10,600 nucleotides of DNA from Armatimonadota bacterium (lineage in GTDB: Bacteria > Sysuimicrobiota > Sysuimicrobiia > Sysuimicrobiales > Humicultoraceae), in the NCBI GenBank assembly GCA_052386995.1, contig JBQTJP010000010.1:1-10600 (forward strand). The letters run 5' to 3'. The translations under genes were made by a program, and so were the position numbers. Below are positions 1 through 6,735 of this stretch, piece by piece. Numbering within the stretch: the first letter of the stretch is position 1; every line of letters begins with the position of its first letter. The notes below the pieces were generated by a model. It ran no database searches and was not told the DNA's origin. It worked only from the letters and a program-made list of their open reading frames with translations.

Positions 1-401
1 GTCTCGGGCCGGGGCGGGAAGCTCCAGGTGGACGCCGAGGGGAGTTTACTGAGACCGTGGAGCTCTTTCCAGGTCTCGCCACCGTCTGTTGAACGGAAGA
101 CCGCGCTGGGCTCCGTCCCTGCGTAGACCGTACCGACCCCGCCCTGTTTTTGGCCAACAGCGACGGCGGTGACGTCCGCCCAGGTGATGCCTTTCCCTGC
201 TGCCGCCCACGTGCGCCCGCCGTCAGGGCTCTTCCACAGCCCCTGATCATCCGTACCCACATAGATCCGCTCACTATGCTGAGGGTCGACGGCCACGCAT
301 TGGAGTTCCGTGCCGTCGAGGTGCTGCTCGACGGTCCACCTACCCCCGCCCTCGCGGATAATCAGTAAGGCATCCTCCATGGCGACGTAGAGCGCGTTCA
401 T
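1..401 (-). CDS. BNR/Asp-box repeat (WD40/YVTN-like beta-propeller) protein, 5' part; runs off the window edge
   Basis: Not in the ORF track because it has no stop in the window. Manual translation: MNALYVAMEDALLII...VAVDPQHSERIYVGTDDQGLWKSPDGGRTW...VYAGTEPSAVFRSTDGGETWKELHGLSKLPSASTWSFPPRPE. Two Asp-boxes (S-x-D-G-G-x-T-W). GGAGG lies 7 nt before the ATG at 401; an alternative ATG is at 407. Confidence 0.88.
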   Translation of the reverse strand, partial: MNALYVAMEDALLIIREGGGRWTVEQHLDGTELQCVAVDPQHSERIYVGTDDQGLWKSPDGGRTWAAAGKGITWADVTAVAVGQKQGGVGTVYAGTEPSAVFRSTDGGETWKELHGLSKLPSASTWSFPPRPE

Positions 402-468
402 ACCCATTCCTCCCGCCAAGCCGTAGTCACTCCACCAAAACCCCGCAATCGGTTCAATGCACGGTTGC

Positions 469-579
469 CTACCAGTAGGCGTCGACGATCCCCGACGTGT
501 CCTGGATGATGAGGAATCGGGTGATCAGGCCATCACGGAAGATGGTGTTCGATAGTGATGCAGATCGGAGGGTCGCCAT
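469..579 (-). pseudogene. 36-aa ORF, probable C-terminal remnant of a SnoaL/NTF2-like protein
   Basis: Translates to MATLRSASLSNTIFRDGLITRFLIIQDTSGIVDAYW*. FRDGLITRFxxxxDT resembles the last hairpin and helix of SnoaL-like domains. No RBS, and too short for a full domain. Confidence 0.35.
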
Positions 580-600
580 GAGCAAAGCACGGGTGCCTGC

Positions 601-1527
601 TCAGTCTGGATGATATGTCTGCACTTGATTATTGTTCCCAGTGTTCGTTGATATGGTGATTCCAGAGCCCGAAGGCACACGGATTTTGTTATTCGTTCCC
701 GCTGTCACAATCTGATCCACGGAATTGTCTTTCCCAATTGTCAGGGTATTGTTGCTTCCAGCTATCTTTATGGTCTTGATTCTATTTCCTTGCGCCGTCG
801 CAACGAGATTGCTGGATCCAACAATAATGAGATCATAGATTCCTGATTGATTGACCGTTGAAGTCGATTTGCTGCTAGTAATCCTTATTCGCTTCGCCCT
901 CACTGTGGCGGGCCTGCTGGCGTCCGGATCGGGCGCCTGCAGAGGCTGCCGCGGCCGCTGGGGCAACGCGACAGGCCCGTCATGCCCTGGCAACACCACA
1001 CGGTAGAGGCGGATCGGGTGCTCGATGTTCTTGAGCTCCTGGACGCCCAGATCCTCGAAGGCAAGATCAAGCTTCTTATAGACCTGTTGGTAGACGGCCT
1101 CTGAGACGCAGATGCTGCCAGGATCCGCGACAGCCTGCAGCCGCGCCGCGATGTTCACCCCATCACCGTACACGTGATAGTCTTGAACGATCACGTCGCC
1201 AAGATGCACTCCAATCCGGGGCGCGACACGCTCTTCAGGCGGACGAGCGGCGTTGACGGTCGATTCCGTTTGCTGGATCGCCTGCGCACAGCGAACGGCG
1301 TTGATCACGCTGTCAAACTCGCCAAAGACGGAGTCGCCTGCCGTGTCGACCACCCGCCCTTCGTGCGCATCGACGAGAGACCGGGTGCGCGTGTGGAACT
1401 CGCGGATGAGTGCGGTGGTGCCCTCCTCGTCCCGCCCCATCATCCGGCCGAAGCCGGAGACATCGACCATTAGGATCGCTGAGAGCTTGCGACGCGGTGT
1501 GGAAGCTTCGGTTGCCTTGCCCTCCAT
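601..1527 (-). CDS. Class III adenylate/guanylate cyclase domain protein with a C-terminal G-x-x-N repeat (beta-solenoid, DUF3060-like) tail
   Basis: Cyclase motifs RRKLSAILMVDVSGF, GRVVDTAGDSV, RIGVHLGDV, YGDGVNIAARLQ and LKNIEHPIRLYRV. These are followed by a Pro-rich linker and ~95 aa of ~20-aa repeats. Confidence 0.9.
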   Translation of the reverse strand: MEGKATEASTPRRKLSAILMVDVSGFGRMMGRDEEGTTALIREFHTRTRSLVDAHEGRVVDTAGDSVFGEFDSVINAVRCAQAIQQTESTVNAARPPEERVAPRIGVHLGDVIVQDYHVYGDGVNIAARLQAVADPGSICVSEAVYQQVYKKLDLAFEDLGVQELKNIEHPIRLYRVVLPGHDGPVALPQRPRQPLQAPDPDASRPATVRAKRIRITSSKSTSTVNQSGIYDLIIVGSSNLVATAQGNRIKTIKIAGSNNTLTIGKDNSVDQIVTAGTNNKIRVPSGSGITISTNTGNNNQVQTYHPD

Positions 1528-1542
1528 GCCCCAATATTACCA
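1528..1542 (-). promoter_or_regulatory. Putative extended -10 promoter giving a leaderless cyclase mRNA
   Basis: Minus strand reads TG-G-TAATAT-TGGGGC-ATG, i.e. TGn plus a TAnnnT box 6 nt before the start codon, with no clear Shine-Dalgarno. Confidence 0.4.
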
Positions 1543-1553
1543 TCGACGCGTCG

Positions 1554-1626
1554 GCTTAGCGCCTCGCGATGAGCCGCGGCGCTCACGACGCCCACGGCGC
1601 GGTCGGCTCCATCGCGCTGTTTAGAC
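1554..1626 (-). other. Degenerate integron attC-like recombination site
   Basis: Minus strand: GTCTAAAC-AG-CGCGATGGAGCCGAC-CGCGCCGTGGGCGTCGTGAGCGCC-GCGGCTCATCGCG-AGGC-GCTAAGC. The R''-like box overlaps the upstream gene's TAA. The arms pair with two unpaired bases (G, A). R' is GCTAAGC against consensus GTTRRRY. Length 73 bp. Confidence 0.7.
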
Positions 1627-2196
1627 AGTCCGGAGTTTTCCGGAGGCATACAGACGGCCCTTCTGATATTTCCGGTGCACGCAGAAGAGAGCCCGTTCGA
1701 TGTCTCTAGCCTTGACGTTGAATCTCCTCGCGAAGTACCGAAGGATCCGCAGAAACTGCATCCAGTTGTCGAAACTGAAGCCGACGCCCGCCGGCTTCTT
1801 CGTGACCGCACCTATTGCGTAAAGGAGTTGCCAGACGCGTATGTCTATGACGCCATAGCGCCGGGGGTCGACCAGCATCAGAATCGACGAGGCCATCGGA
1901 ACCGAAACACCTCGCAGGACCGTAAGTTCCTCAAGGCGACGGCGCTCGCTTGTCGTTGCGAGGGCCCGCCGCGTAGCGGTGCGGATCCGTGAACGACTGT
2001 TGCTCCTGATGTAGTGGATTGCCCGTGCAGATTTCCAGAAGCAGACCGCTTCCAACTCGCCTCGGGTGAGATAGCCACGCGCTCGCGCCGGGCGTAACCG
2101 TCGAATCAAGTCTACAGTTTCCTCATCCTCCTCGGTGGACAGGCAAGCCTTGATTAACCGCGAGGTCTTTTGGTAGGGAATCCTCTTGAGAGCCAT
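1621..2196 (-). CDS. Hypothetical protein with helix-hairpin-helix (HhH-GPD/OGG2-like DNA glycosylase) signature
   Basis: 191 aa and highly basic. LTVLRGVSVPMASSIL (HhH-like) is followed by P..YGVIDIRVW (conserved Asp) and RDIERALF. Confidence 0.65.
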   Translation of the reverse strand: MALKRIPYQKTSRLIKACLSTEEDEETVDLIRRLRPARARGYLTRGELEAVCFWKSARAIHYIRSNSRSRIRTATRRALATTSERRRLEELTVLRGVSVPMASSILMLVDPRRYGVIDIRVWQLLYAIGAVTKKPAGVGFSFDNWMQFLRILRYFARRFNVKARDIERALFCVHRKYQKGRLYASGKLRTV

Positions 2197-2203
2197 GTTC
2201 GTC

Positions 2204-2228
2204 GCTCAAGCAGTGCGAGTGTTAGGGT
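2204..2228 (-). other. Possible collapsed attC remnant upstream of the HhH gene
   Basis: Minus strand ACCCTAAC-ACTCGCACTG-CTTGAGC: an R''-like box and an R'-like box with the inner arms missing, 7 nt before the ATG at 2196. Confidence 0.3.
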
Positions 2229-2247
2229 GGCGCATACGGCTGCCTTC

Positions 2248-3501
2248 TCAGTCCCGCAGCTCGCCCAGCCGTCGCTCGAGAAACCGCCGCTGCGGCTCCT
2301 GCCGAGTAAGGCCGAGGGCCCGTTTGTAGGAGGCGCGGGCTTCCGCTGTTCTCCCCAGCCGCCGGCACAGGTCCGCCCGCGCCGAGTGCGCGAGGTGGTA
2401 GTCTCCCAGATCGCCGCGCGCCAGGATGGCGTCGATGAGGGCAAGACCCGCCAATGGGCCGTCACGCATCGCGACCGCCACGGCGCGGTTCAGCTCGACC
2501 ACGGGCGATGGATCCGCGCGCGCCAGCACGTCGTACAGTCCGACGATCTGGGCCCAATCCGTCGCGGCGGCGTTGGGCGCCTCGGCGTGCACCGCCGCAA
2601 TCGCCGCCTGGAGGGTGTACGGGCCGAACCTGCGCGACAACAGCGCCCGTTCCACCAGCGCCGTCCCCTCAGCGATCTGATCCCGGTTCCAGAGCGAGCG
2701 GTCCTGGTCGTCCAGCAGGACCAGCTCGCCCGCAGGCGAGGTGCGGGCGGCGCGCCGCGATTCGTGCAGCAGCATCAGCGCCAGGAGTCCCATCACCTCG
2801 GGCTCCGGCAGCAATTCGATCAGCAGCCGCCCCAGGCGGATCGCCTCGGCCGAGAGATCGGGCCGCGTCAGCGACGCACCGGATGACGCGGAGTACCCCT
2901 CGTTGAACACCAGGTAGACTACATGGAGCACGGTGTCCAGCCGATCTGACAGATCGGCCCGCGACGGCACCTGATAGGGGATGCGCGCGTCGCGGATCTT
3001 CGCTTTGGCGCGCACGACACGCTGGGCCACCGTGGGCGGAGCGGTGAGGAAGGCGTGCGCGATCTCCTCGGTCGTGAGGCCGCAGACCTCCCGCAGCGTG
3101 AGCGCCACCCGGGCGTCCGGCGGCAGGGCCGGATGGCAGCAGGTGAAGATCAGCCGCAGCCGGTCGTCCTCGACGCCCTCGTCATCCGATTCGGCCTGAT
3201 CAGCCGTGTCGGCGTCGAGTCGTTCCGCTAACACCCCCAGCGATGCGTCGAAGCGGGCGCGCCTGCGCATCCCGTCAATCGCCTTGAAGCGGCCGGTCGA
3301 AACGAGCCAGGCGCGGGGATTGGCGGGCACGCCGTCGCGCCGCCAGCGCTCCAGCGCTGCCGTGAAGGCATCGTGCAGCGCCTCCTCGGCGAGGTCGAAG
3401 TCGCCGAGCAGACGGATCAGGGTGGCAAGGACGCGGCGTGACTCGGCGCGGTAGACGGCGTCCACCGTCTCACGCACCCGTTCGGCCGCGTCCTCGCTCA
3501 T
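2248..3501 (-). CDS. RNA polymerase ECF sigma factor, ECF42 type (sigma2/sigma4 + DUF6596 + C-terminal TPR extension)
   Basis: 417 aa. Motifs LLGDFDLAEEALHDAF, GVPANPRAWL, DDRLRLIFTCCHPAL, VYLVFNEGY, LLDDQDRSLW, GPYTLQAAIAAVH and SPVVELNRAVA. Adjacent to a DGPF gene, as is typical for ECF42. Confidence 0.95.
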   Translation of the reverse strand: MSEDAAERVRETVDAVYRAESRRVLATLIRLLGDFDLAEEALHDAFTAALERWRRDGVPANPRAWLVSTGRFKAIDGMRRRARFDASLGVLAERLDADTADQAESDDEGVEDDRLRLIFTCCHPALPPDARVALTLREVCGLTTEEIAHAFLTAPPTVAQRVVRAKAKIRDARIPYQVPSRADLSDRLDTVLHVVYLVFNEGYSASSGASLTRPDLSAEAIRLGRLLIELLPEPEVMGLLALMLLHESRRAARTSPAGELVLLDDQDRSLWNRDQIAEGTALVERALLSRRFGPYTLQAAIAAVHAEAPNAAATDWAQIVGLYDVLARADPSPVVELNRAVAVAMRDGPLAGLALIDAILARGDLGDYHLAHSARADLCRRLGRTAEARASYKRALGLTRQEPQRRFLERRLGELRD

Positions 3502-3567
3502 CAGCGGCGGGTCGGACCCACTCCATCACCCACGAACGCTGGTCCTCCTGCCGACGTCGGGCTACGG

Positions 3568-3918
3568 CTAGTTGAACTCCCTGATCGGCCGCACCTCGAT
3601 GCTCCCCAGGCGCGCCGAGGGGATCTTCGAGGCCACCTGGATAGCCTCGTTCAGATCCTTGGCGTTGATGAGGTAGAACCCGCCTAGCTGCTCCTTCGTC
3701 TCGGCGAAGGGACCGTCGGTGGTGGACACCTTGCCGTTCCGGACCCGCACGGTCGTGGCTGTCTGAACGGGTTGGAGCGCCTCCCCACCAAGGAATTGAC
3801 CACTCTTTCGTATCCCCTCGGTGAAGGCGCCGTACTCGTTCATGAAGGCGTCCCCCTCGCTCTTAGACATGGTACCCAGCTTCTTCTCCTCATCGTAGAT
3901 CAGGCACAGATATCTCAT
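3568..3918 (-). CDS. YciI/DGPF-family protein
   Basis: MRYLCLIY...TTDGPFAETKEQLGGFYLI...GSIEVRPI. AGGAGG lies upstream of the ATG at 3918, so the ORF-track start at 3999 is too long. Confidence 0.95.
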   Translation of the reverse strand: MRYLCLIYDEEKKLGTMSKSEGDAFMNEYGAFTEGIRKSGQFLGGEALQPVQTATTVRVRNGKVSTTDGPFAETKEQLGGFYLINAKDLNEAIQVASKIPSARLGSIEVRPIREFN

Positions 3919-3963
3919 AGCTCTCCTCCTCGATCGTAGTGGAACTGCTGCTGACACCACATA

Positions 3964-3990
3964 GTCGTTCGGGAGGGCCCAAAATCGACA
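3964..3990 (-). promoter_or_regulatory. ECF42-type autoregulatory promoter
   Basis: Minus strand TGTCGA (3990-3985) - 17 nt - CGAC (3967-3964), directly upstream of the DGPF-ECF42 operon. Matches the ECF42 consensus TGTCGA...CG(A/T)C. Confidence 0.75.
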
Positions 3991-4004
3991 ACGGAGCAAT
4001 TATC

Positions 4005-4343
4005 ATGAATAGTGTGACTTTCCTTTGGACTCGAGCGGTGCAGGTGTTAGCGGTCGCCGTTGTCCTCGCGGTCGTCTTCACGCTGGTGCTGGGACGCGGC
4101 GGACTGCCATTCGATCGTCAGGCCATGCGGACGACCGCGGTAGCCCCGAACATCATCAGCCAACTCGTGCAACTCGCTTTCGCTCTCCTCGTCATTTTCG
4201 TCGCGTCCCGCATCACGCGTAAGCGAAGTCCAGTTGATTTTGGCGGACGGTTGCCCGACACGCGCGTCGCGAAGAACGAGTCGGGATCAGTTCGATGGGC
4301 GTGCCGGTGCGACGCGCCGATGGGCAGCTGGTGGCGGGATTAG
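4005..4343 (+). pseudogene. 5' fragment of a multi-TM membrane protein (CPBP/Abi-like); native sequence to ~4280, then out-of-frame read-through into an IclR remnant
   Basis: GGAG at 3993-3996 and ATG at 4005. Two hydrophobic helices, then LPFDRQAM...SRITRKRSPVDFGGRLPDTRVAKNE, after which the protein stops looking like a membrane protein. Confidence 0.6.
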
Positions 4344-4458
4344 TCGTCGCGCCGCCGGCACAATTCGCAACCGACGAAACGTTTGCTAAACTACTGCCGC
4401 CGAGCTCCGGCGCGCCGCGAAACGCATCGAGGCCGCCGTGGTCGTGCAGCCGCTGTAG
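4280..4458 (+). pseudogene. C-terminal remnant of an IclR-family regulator (effector-binding domain), frameshifted
   Basis: VGISSMGVPVRRADGQLVAGLVVAPPAQFATDETFAKLLP, then a frame change near 4400-4402 into ELRRAAKRIEAAVVVQPL* (TAG at 4456-4458). This is a typical IclR C-terminal pattern; the HTH is absent. Confidence 0.7.
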
Positions 4459-4474
4459 ATCTCCAAAGCGCGGG

Positions 4475-5866
4475 CTAGACGATCGCTCCCTGAGCCTTCA
4501 ACGCGGAGCGAAGCACTGCTGGCGGGAGCGCCTGAGGTTCAACCCCTTCCTTGACCACCAAAGCTGCCGCCGTTCCAGCGGCCTGGCCCATCGCCATCGC
4601 CTGCGCCGTCACCCGAGTGCTGCCCAGCGCCTCGCGCGTGACTGAGATGCAGCGTCCTGCGACAAGGAGCCCGCCGACATCCCTGGGCACCAAGCACCGA
4701 TACGGGATGTCATAGGCCTTGCCGTCCTTCACGTGCCTGTGCCAGATCGTGCCATCGGGTTCGTGCACGTCGACCGCATAGGCTCCTTTCGCCACCCCGT
4801 CAGGAAACGACCGTCCTTCTAGCACGTCCTCCAGAGTCAGTACGTAATCCCCGATAATCCGGCGAGTCTCCCGAACCCCGACCCCCGGCGCCACTTCGGC
4901 GAGCACGGCGTCTTCGAACCCGGGGACGTACTGCCGGAGAAAGTTGAAGACCTGCTGCACCTGCTGACGAGCCTCGACCTCGGCTGCGGTGAGTTGTCGG
5001 GCATCCGTGCCGTCGTACCGGACCACGGCCGTAGAGTTCACATAGACCTCACGGGGGCGTGGCGACAGCGACAGGACGACCCGCTGGCGATTAGGATGAA
5101 ACTCCCCGCGCGTCTTGGCCTCAGCAACCAGATCGAACCATCCCGTCAGCAACGGGACATCCTCCATCGACCGGATGCCAGCCGCAACCTCCGCCCGGCT
5201 CTTGCCGATGTACGGATCTTCCGCCAGGATGAACTGATCGGGGCGTTCGCGCACCCCCGCGGCAACCTTCCCCGTATCCACGTTGGCCACCCGGAACATC
5301 AACGTCATGGCCATCGTGGCCCCATCTTCGACCCGTCCCTTCTCGAACGCGGCGCCGCCCAGTGCGGCGACATCACCATCCCCGCTTGCGTCGACGAGCG
5401 TTTGGCCCATGACCAACTGGAGGCCAGACTTGTTGGCCACTTGCAGCCCGCGCAGCCGGCGGCCCTCCACAACGGCGTCGGTGATGAAGGTGTGCAGCAG
5501 CAGCTCCGCGCCGGCTTCTCGCGCGATCTCGATAGCGACCGCCTTCATCGCCTCGGTATCGTACGGCGTTACGGTGTACGAGTTGCCATACGCGTTCCGC
5601 AGATGCCCGGGCGATCCACCTCGGGCCACCAGACGGTCGACGATCTCCTGGGCGATGCCGCCGACGATCTGTTGCCCGCGCATGTTGTGGAAGGTCAGGA
5701 AGTTCCCAAGCATCCCGGCCGTGAGGTTCCCGCCCAGAAAGCCATAGCGCTCGACAAGCAACGTCCGCGCGCCGTTGCGCGCAGACGCCACCGCCGCCAC
5801 GAGCCCTGCCGGACCGCTCCCGGCCACGACCACGTCCCACTGTCCCACGATCTTCAGCATCTTCAC
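4475..5866 (-). CDS. FAD-dependent oxidoreductase (PF12831-like)
   Basis: DVVVAGSGPAGLVAA (GxGxxG), LLVERYGFLGGNLTAG, VDASGDGDVA, GVRETRRIIGDYVLT, YDIPYRCLVP, LLVAGRCIS and MAMGQAAGTAAAL. Start is GTG 5866 or ATG 5860. Confidence 0.93.
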   Translation of the reverse strand: MKMLKIVGQWDVVVAGSGPAGLVAAVASARNGARTLLVERYGFLGGNLTAGMLGNFLTFHNMRGQQIVGGIAQEIVDRLVARGGSPGHLRNAYGNSYTVTPYDTEAMKAVAIEIAREAGAELLLHTFITDAVVEGRRLRGLQVANKSGLQLVMGQTLVDASGDGDVAALGGAAFEKGRVEDGATMAMTLMFRVANVDTGKVAAGVRERPDQFILAEDPYIGKSRAEVAAGIRSMEDVPLLTGWFDLVAEAKTRGEFHPNRQRVVLSLSPRPREVYVNSTAVVRYDGTDARQLTAAEVEARQQVQQVFNFLRQYVPGFEDAVLAEVAPGVGVRETRRIIGDYVLTLEDVLEGRSFPDGVAKGAYAVDVHEPDGTIWHRHVKDGKAYDIPYRCLVPRDVGGLLVAGRCISVTREALGSTRVTAQAMAMGQAAGTAAALVVKEGVEPQALPPAVLRSALKAQGAIV

Positions 5867-5886
5867 TCACACCTGTCTTCATCGAT

Positions 5887-6735
5887 CTACTTCAGCGAGC
5901 CAACCGTCAGCCCCTGAATCAGATAGCGTTGCGCCACCAGGGCGAAGAGCAGCACGGGCAGAACAATCAACGTCGCCTGCGCCGTCAGGTCGTTCCAGTA
6001 AATCTCAAACTCGCCAATGGTCTGCGCGATCACAACCGGCAGCGTCCGCGCCCGCGTGCTGGTGAAGATGAATGCGAAGGTGAACTCGTTCCAGGCCGTC
6101 ACAAACAGGAATGTCGCTGCTGCCGCCATGCCGGGCGCGGCCAGGGGGAATGTGACGTGCCGGAACGCCTGCCACCGGTTGCACCCGTCGAGATAGGCGG
6201 CTTCGTCAAGTTCGATCGGGACGTGGTCAAAGTGTGTTTTCAGCATCCAGATGGCAAGCGGCAATTCTAACCCCGTATAGATCACGACCAATGCCAGTCG
6301 GGTATCGATCAGCCCGACCCGATCCAGCAGGAGAAACAACGCCACGACCGTCGTGATGGGAGGGAGCAGGCGCGACGCGAAGGTCGCAAACAGGAACGGG
6401 CGGCGCCATCGGAAGTGGTACCGGGCGAAGGCATAGGCGGCCGCGCTGCCGATCATCGTGGTCACCAGCGTGGTGCCACCGGCGATCCACAGGCTGTTCG
6501 CAAGATTATCGCCCCAAGCGCCGTGAAAGAGCAGCTTCTCCCACGCTTCCCACGTCGGACGGAACAGGATCCGTGGGGTGCTGGCAAAGATATCGACGCG
6601 CGGCTTGATCGAGGTCAGCATCAACCACAGAATCGGGCCCACCGCGAGGGTCAGGAGCATAGCCAGCGCCGCCCCCCGCGCCACCGCCCCCAGCAGTCGG
6701 CTTACTCGACGCAAGGTCACCTCAGGCCTCCTCAC
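5887..6735 (-). CDS. Carbohydrate ABC transporter permease (CUT1, MalG-like)
   Basis: About six TM helices and the EAA loop ELDEAAYLDGCNRWQAF; C-terminal QRYLIQGLTVGSLK. Confidence 0.93.
   Translation of the reverse strand: MRRPEVTLRRVSRLLGAVARGAALAMLLTLAVGPILWLMLTSIKPRVDIFASTPRILFRPTWEAWEKLLFHGAWGDNLANSLWIAGGTTLVTTMIGSAAAYAFARYHFRWRRPFLFATFASRLLPPITTVVALFLLLDRVGLIDTRLALVVIYTGLELPLAIWMLKTHFDHVPIELDEAAYLDGCNRWQAFRHVTFPLAAPGMAAAATFLFVTAWNEFTFAFIFTSTRARTLPVVIAQTIGEFEIYWNDLTAQATLIVLPVLLFALVAQRYLIQGLTVGSLK

Noticed and set aside
440..470. Minus-strand AGGCAAC-CGTGC-ATTGAACCGA as a third attC half-site
   Set aside because: No matching L' or R' arm; too degenerate to support.
578..603. Hairpin TGAGCAGGCAC-CC-GTGCTTTGCTCA after the cyclase stop as a terminator
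   Set aside because: Imperfect stem and no U-tract follows.
601..1527. Calling the cyclase a Pycsar system
   Set aside because: No adjacent cNMP-binding TM or TIR effector gene in the window.
4230..4243. CCAGTTGATTTTGG as an alternative IRR for the captured block
   Set aside because: The similarity to CCGAGTTTCCGTTTTGG needs gaps, and the membrane-protein sequence appears to continue past it to ~4280.
4994..5917. 307-aa plus-strand ORF and the other long antisense or alternate-frame ORFs (e.g. 2170-2886, 6578-7225, 7110-7940, 8447-9043, 9388-9891)
   Set aside because: Shadow ORFs over well-supported genes in GC-rich DNA; Arg/Pro/Ala-rich with no recognisable motifs.
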